From assembly GCA_036169915.1 (NCBI GenBank), contig JAVHOF010000075.1:1-46641 (forward strand): 46,641 nucleotides of DNA, read 5' to 3'. Below, piece by piece: positions 42,186-46,641 of the stretch (position 1 is the first letter of the stretch; the number at the start of each line of letters is the position of its first letter). The notes beneath the pieces are model-generated. The model was not told where the DNA came from, did no database searches, and saw only the letters and a program-made list of their open reading frames with translations. Position numbers and translations under genes: made by a program. The DNA comes from Candidatus Pacearchaeota archaeon (lineage in GTDB: Archaea; Nanobdellota; Nanobdellia; Pacearchaeales; GW2011-AR1).

Positions 42186-42370
42186 TGGATAGTTTGCTAT
42201 TTGAAGGAAATTTTCTAATCCATTCTCTTCCTTCTTCTCCCTTAGCTATAATTTCAAGTACAAGCAGAGTCATAAAAAAAATATTATTCAATCATTTTTA
42301 ATTATTATTGTGATTTATTATTATTTCTTAATTTAGAAATATTTAAAAATACCAAAAATTAGTTAAAGAA

Positions 42371-42631
42371 ATGGAAATTGCAGAATGTATAAGAAAAGAA
42401 TTGCAGGATTATAAGGCAGGAGATAGAATAGGAATAAATTCTATAAAACCTTTTGGAAATGGATATAGTTATTCTGAAGGTTATCTAATTGAATTTGATA
42501 GAAAGAATGATTATGTTAGAATTTCAAGTCATTCTCTTGCTGATAAATCATCAAGAGAAAAGGCATCTATTAGGCTTTTCAGATTAGATGAAATAGTTGA
42601 AGTTTTTCCATTGTCTGAAGAGGCAAAATAG
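42371..42631 (+). CDS. hypothetical protein (86 aa)
   Basis: ORF with ATTTAAAAAT about 25 nt upstream. No motif recognised. Confidence 0.45.
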   Translation: MEIAECIRKELQDYKAGDRIGINSIKPFGNGYSYSEGYLIEFDRKNDYVRISSHSLADKSSREKASIRLFRLDEIVEVFPLSEEAK

Positions 42632-42695
42632 TAGAAGAGAGATATGGATTTTAAAGAACAATAATTCTTTTAAATAAACAATAATTATTCTAGTT

Positions 42696-43163
42696 ATGTA
42701 TAGCTATACCTGTCAATATTTATTAAAAAGTGGAAATAGTCCTAATGCTCATTCTTTATATAAAAATGAAACAATTCTAACTGCAGTATTTTCTTTTGAT
42801 AAAGAAGTTCCTAAAATTCAAAGAGCAGAAGTTAAAAAAAGATGCAGTTTAAAAGAGACAACAAAAAAATTATCACCAGGACATTATTCTATTGAAGAAA
42901 GCCCCCTAGATGCATTTATGAAAAGAACACTTCTTTATCAACCCAATTGGTCAGAATTATTAATAGGAAAACAATATTATGGCAAGAAAGAATTTGTAAC
43001 AATAACTCCTTTTTTATGGGGATTAGGATTTCATTTAAAATCAGAAGCAAGTGGTCCAATGCCATTAGAAGAAATGATAAGTCTTGAAGCAATAAATGAA
43101 TTTGTTCTTACAGGAAAATTTTCTCCAAAAGTTGAAAAACAACTGCAAGAACAACAAGCTTAA
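42696..43163 (+). CDS. hypothetical protein (155 aa)
   Basis: ORF with no motif recognised. Confidence 0.5.
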   Translation: MYSYTCQYLLKSGNSPNAHSLYKNETILTAVFSFDKEVPKIQRAEVKKRCSLKETTKKLSPGHYSIEESPLDAFMKRTLLYQPNWSELLIGKQYYGKKEFVTITPFLWGLGFHLKSEASGPMPLEEMISLEAINEFVLTGKFSPKVEKQLQEQQA

Positions 43164-43187
43164 AAGCCCTTTTTCTTTAAATTTATT

Positions 43188-44375
43188 ATGAAAAATAAAA
43201 TAGAACTTCTTGCACCAGCAGGAGATTTTGAATGCCTGACAGCTGCAATAAATGCAGGTGCAGATGCAGTATATTTCGGATTAAAAGAATTCAACATGAG
43301 GCAAAGAGCCAAGAATTTTAATTTAACTGATTTAAAAAAAATTAAAGAAATTTGCGAAAAAGTTAAAACTAAAAAAATCAAAAGATATTTAACACTAAAC
43401 ACAATCATCTATGATAATGAACTTAAAAAAGTTGAGAATATAATAAAGAAATCAAAACCTTTTGTTGATGCAATAATATGTTCTGATTTTTCTGTGATTA
43501 ATTTGTGCAGGAAATATAAAGTTTCTTTTCACATCTCTACTCAGATGTCTGTTTCAAATGTTAAAACTGCTGAATTCTTTAAAAAATTAGGGGCAGAAAG
43601 AGTTATTCTTGCAAGAGAACTGAATTTGAATCAGATTAAAAAAATTTCAAAGTTTATTTCAACAGAAATTTTTATTCATGGGGCAATGTGTTTGGCTGTT
43701 TCAGGGAGATGTTTAACATCTCAATTTTTATTTAATCAGTCTGCAAACAGAGGTTTGTGCATTCATCCATGCAGAAGATATTATCAAGTAAAAGATAATG
43801 AAGGAAATGAATTAAGATTAGATAATAATTATATTTTTTCTGCAAAAGACCTTTGCACACTCTCATTCATTGAGAAATTAAAAAAATCAGGAGCAACAGC
43901 ATTTAAAATTGAAGGCAGGAATAAAGAACCTGAATATATTTATACAGTTACTAAAATATACAGAAAAGCTATTGATAAAAAACTGACAAAAAAAGAGCTT
44001 GAAAATAGTTTAGAAGAATTAAATAAAGTTTATAATAAAGGTTTTTCATCTGGATTTTATTTAAAATCTCCTACTTCTGATGATTTTTCAAGAGCAGAAA
44101 ATTCAAGTGCCAAAGAATCCAAACAGTTTATAGGAAAAATTTATCATTACTATGATAAAATCCAAGTAGGTTTATTAAAACTAAACACAGGAAAATTAAA
44201 GATTGGAGATGAAATATATATAATTGGAAAGACTTCTGGAGTAATTAGACATAAAATAGAGAGTATGGAAACACAAAATAAACAAATTTCAGAAGCAATA
44301 AAAGGAGATAATATAGGAATCAGGCTTCCCAAATGCAGAAAAGGTGATGAAGTTTATAAAATTGTAAAGAAATAA
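43188..44375 (+). CDS. peptidase U32 family protein
   Basis: ELLAPAGDFECLTAAINAGADAVYFG at the N-terminus, GAMC/SGRC Cys motifs and AFKIEGR are typical of U32 (collagenase-like / RNA hydroxylation-associated) proteins. Confidence 0.85.
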   Translation: MKNKIELLAPAGDFECLTAAINAGADAVYFGLKEFNMRQRAKNFNLTDLKKIKEICEKVKTKKIKRYLTLNTIIYDNELKKVENIIKKSKPFVDAIICSDFSVINLCRKYKVSFHISTQMSVSNVKTAEFFKKLGAERVILARELNLNQIKKISKFISTEIFIHGAMCLAVSGRCLTSQFLFNQSANRGLCIHPCRRYYQVKDNEGNELRLDNNYIFSAKDLCTLSFIEKLKKSGATAFKIEGRNKEPEYIYTVTKIYRKAIDKKLTKKELENSLEELNKVYNKGFSSGFYLKSPTSDDFSRAENSSAKESKQFIGKIYHYYDKIQVGLLKLNTGKLKIGDEIYIIGKTSGVIRHKIESMETQNKQISEAIKGDNIGIRLPKCRKGDEVYKIVKK

Positions 44376-44447
44376 AGATTAACAATAGAACCATCATATA
44401 AATTACCCCCCACAAATTCTTATAAATATGCGAATACTTATAAAATT

Positions 44448-44900
44448 ATGAATATTTCCAGAGTTAAACAAGGCGCTAAGATAACTTACTATAATGGCTT
44501 CTATATGATTTTGCTTGGAATCTACTATATTTTTTTAGCTGGTTTTAACATGAAAATTAATTTCAGCTCATTATCTCAGTTATGGGGTTTTTTCACAAGA
44601 TATAATTCCAGCATTGCATTTTTATTTTATCTTTTTAATATACTTATAGGAGTTATCTTAATATCTCAGGGGATTTCTTTTGTTTATTTGTCAGATTTCA
44701 TAATAAAAAGAAAAGAAAAAATAACATGGGTTATTTTATTTATATCAGGATTAATAACCTGGGCAGGGCTTTTGACAGTTTCAGTTTTCTTAAAAAACTT
44801 ATACATGATTACATTTAGTTTTATAGGCTGGCTTAGTTTTATTATTGGAATGCTTATTCCAATACAATATTATGTAGAAAAAAACTATAAGGAATATTAA
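44448..44900 (+). CDS. membrane protein (150 aa, ~4 TM)
   Basis: Hydrophobic ORF. No family recognised. Confidence 0.55.
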   Translation: MNISRVKQGAKITYYNGFYMILLGIYYIFLAGFNMKINFSSLSQLWGFFTRYNSSIAFLFYLFNILIGVILISQGISFVYLSDFIIKRKEKITWVILFISGLITWAGLLTVSVFLKNLYMITFSFIGWLSFIIGMLIPIQYYVEKNYKEY

Positions 44901-45221
44901 ATGGAAAAATCCGAAGAAGAAATGCAAGAGATAGAAATTGAAACTAAGCCCTTATTAGAAGAAGTAGTACAAGATGAAAATAGAAAAAATACTAGTCTTT
45001 TAGATAAGATAATAATAGGACTAAGTTTTGCTGCAGGTTTTGATTCAATATTATTTCCATTTTTTATGGATACTACAATCCACGAGTATTTTGGATTTCT
45101 TCCAAAAAACAACTATGAAATTTATTCTGGAATAACTTCATTAGTTGCAGAACAAGGAATGTTCTTTCTCAGCATGTTTTATAATACTGCAAGAGCATTT
45201 TATAAAAGAGAAAAAAATTAA
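44901..45221 (+). CDS. hypothetical membrane-associated protein (106 aa)
   Basis: The ATG immediately follows the upstream TAA. The N-terminus is acidic and two hydrophobic segments follow. Confidence 0.45.
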   Translation: MEKSEEEMQEIEIETKPLLEEVVQDENRKNTSLLDKIIIGLSFAAGFDSILFPFFMDTTIHEYFGFLPKNNYEIYSGITSLVAEQGMFFLSMFYNTARAFYKREKN

Positions 45222-45267
45222 TAGAATATACAAATACTTAAAAATCTAAAAATAAACTTATTAACCA

Positions 45268-45780
45268 ATGTTACAAAGATTAAGTTGTGAAGTACTAGCA
45301 ATAGATAAAGACCATATAAGTGTTCTAGAAATTTATTGTTCTTATTTTGCAAAAAGGAAATTAGAGAGCAGGCCTGTGAATTTTTTAGATGAAGATACTC
45401 AAATTTTTAATGATTATACTAAAATAGTAATAGAACATTCTAGACAAGTTAATCCAGTTTTACTTCCAGAGGAACCATATGCTTTTAAATTATTAGAAAG
45501 AAATGAATTTTATGGAATAGATGGACTATATTTACCATGCCAGGTTTTAGCAAGTGCTTTTACTACAGTTTATATGGATACTCTTATTGAATTGCCAGAA
45601 CATAGATTTAAACATGAACTTCTTAATCCTAGAATGTATAAAGATCAAACAGATAGTGATTTTGAATTAGAATTAGACCCTAAAATTGTTTTAGATTTAA
45701 CAAAAAGATTAAGAGATTATTTACCAAAAGAATTGCTTAAAGGAGTTACTTCTTATCTAACAACTCCTGCTTCTTGCTAA
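45268..45780 (+). CDS. hypothetical protein (170 aa, soluble)
   Basis: ORF with no motif recognised. Confidence 0.5.
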   Translation: MLQRLSCEVLAIDKDHISVLEIYCSYFAKRKLESRPVNFLDEDTQIFNDYTKIVIEHSRQVNPVLLPEEPYAFKLLERNEFYGIDGLYLPCQVLASAFTTVYMDTLIELPEHRFKHELLNPRMYKDQTDSDFELELDPKIVLDLTKRLRDYLPKELLKGVTSYLTTPASC

Positions 45781-46550
45781 TACTCATAAAACACAACCAA
45801 CTTTCCCTTTTCATCTCTTAGAAAGAACCTGTCTCCGTTATCATTCCAAACTTCTTTTTTAAAAATAATCAGAGAATCATATTTTTCTGACTCTCTTGCA
45901 TTTAAGTCATTTATCTTAAAAAAATGATTTGCATCATCTTTAACAATCCAGCCGTTTAAATTACAGTTAAAATCACAGTCATTTTCTAAAACAAAAAAAT
46001 CTTCATTTGCATTAATTTCTTTAAGCTTAATGCATTCAGCACAATTGCTAGAACTTCTCTCCCATAATCCAATTCTATTATTTTTTGCAAAATTTTCAGC
46101 ATTTTTCAACTTAGTTTCATAAATAAGATTATCAAGCATAAAACTCGTTGCCAATCCATTTTCAAGAATTTCAACATTAATCAGCCTGTTATCATAAAAA
46201 ATATATCTTAATTTTCTTCCATACTGATCTTTATCTGTAATATCTCTAAGAATTTCAACAGAATTGTTTTCAATATTTTTTATTAAAAAATCTTTTGCTT
46301 CTTTGTAATATTCTTTTCCCTTTTCAGGAGTATTTATCCCTAAGAATCGGACGGTTTCATCATTCCCATTGAGATTAATATGAATTGTATCTCCGTCAAC
46401 AATCCTTGTTACATAAGCAGATTCTCTTTGATAACTACCAGAACTAGAATTATTAACGACTTCTCCTGTTAAATAAGGATAGTAATAAGACAATAATCCT
46501 AATAAGATTATTATCAATAAAAACACTAATAACCTCTTTCCAAATCCCAT
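45777..46550 (-). CDS. membrane-anchored/secreted staphylococcal-type thermonuclease fused to a lamin-tail-like domain
   Basis: An N-terminal TM/signal is followed by the SNase motifs VDGDTI, VRFLGINTPE, YGRKLRYI and ENGLA. The C-terminal ~90 aa (EFFVLENDCDF..NLNGWIVKD) resemble an LTD beta-sandwich. Confidence 0.8.
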   Translation of the reverse strand: MGFGKRLLVFLLIIILLGLLSYYYPYLTGEVVNNSSSGSYQRESAYVTRIVDGDTIHINLNGNDETVRFLGINTPEKGKEYYKEAKDFLIKNIENNSVEILRDITDKDQYGRKLRYIFYDNRLINVEILENGLATSFMLDNLIYETKLKNAENFAKNNRIGLWERSSSNCAECIKLKEINANEDFFVLENDCDFNCNLNGWIVKDDANHFFKINDLNARESEKYDSLIIFKKEVWNDNGDRFFLRDEKGKLVVFYEY

Positions 46551-46641
46551 AAAATTAATAATCTAATCTTTTTTAAAAAGATTGTGCTACAGCAAGCTTT
46601 TTAAACATGCTTATTTAATAATATTTTATCCTAAATAGAAA

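Noticed and set aside
43160-43408. 82-aa minus-strand ORF overlapping the start of the U32 peptidase gene
   Set aside because: It is antisense to the conserved N-terminus (ELLAPAG..AGADAVYFG) of a well-supported gene. It is hydrophobic and low-complexity, so it is probably spurious.
1-46641. Scan for CRISPR arrays, rRNA genes, transposases, integrases and phage genes
   Set aside because: I saw no regularly spaced direct repeats, no rRNA-like G+C-rich stretches, and no recombinase or transposase motifs in any listed ORF. The window looks like core chromosome rather than a mobile island.

Overview
This is an AT-rich (about 30% G+C by eye, not computed), very gene-dense 46.6-kb chromosomal segment of an archaeon. 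Archaeal markers present are ribosomal protein S6e, aIF5B, aEF-1alpha, archaeal-type DnaG, diphthine synthase, and an initiator tRNA with A1:U72. The compact spacing, many orphan proteins and many short membrane proteins suggest a small-genome DPANN-like lineage; that placement is inference. I call about 65 protein-coding genes and one tRNA. I see no rRNA, CRISPR array, transposase, integrase or prophage genes. Most genes have a TTTAAA-type box 20-30 nt upstream of the start codon, which implies leaderless mRNAs; a minority have GGAGG/GAGGT Shine-Dalgarno sites. Between the housekeeping genes lie several unusual items. (1) An SMC-type ATPase has no hinge and carries a CPLC motif exactly at the midpoint of its coiled coil, like a Rad50 zinc hook. 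(2) A roughly 860-aa cysteine-rich surface protein is built from about 104-aa tandem modules, two of which share an identical 84-nt stretch. Next to it is a divergent intergenic region holding two tandem nested palindromes/hairpins with ACCACA..TGTGGT cores. (3) An extracytoplasmic thiol-redox module (CcdA-like, CSHC thioredoxin-fold protein, DsbA-like domain with CPxC changed to NPET) has a second CxxC-less thioredoxin-fold paralog 29 kb away. (4) A 94-aa remnant of Dph2 coexists with an intact dph5. (5) A radical SAM/SPASM enzyme is followed by a small protein with a C-terminal CGWC. (6) An ArmA/RmtB-type 16S rRNA methyltransferase homolog is present. (7) An uncharacterised three-gene operon encodes an RR-motif coiled-coil membrane protein, a CBS protein and a glycine-zipper protein. 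(8) A complete micro transcription unit encodes an 18-aa acidic peptide inside an unusually long spacer. I cannot tell from sequence alone which of these, if any, is a new system. My top candidates are the hinge-less SMC/zinc-hook chimera and the Cys-rich surface protein locus with its structured intergenic element. All functional calls come from motif recognition by eye; no database search was run.
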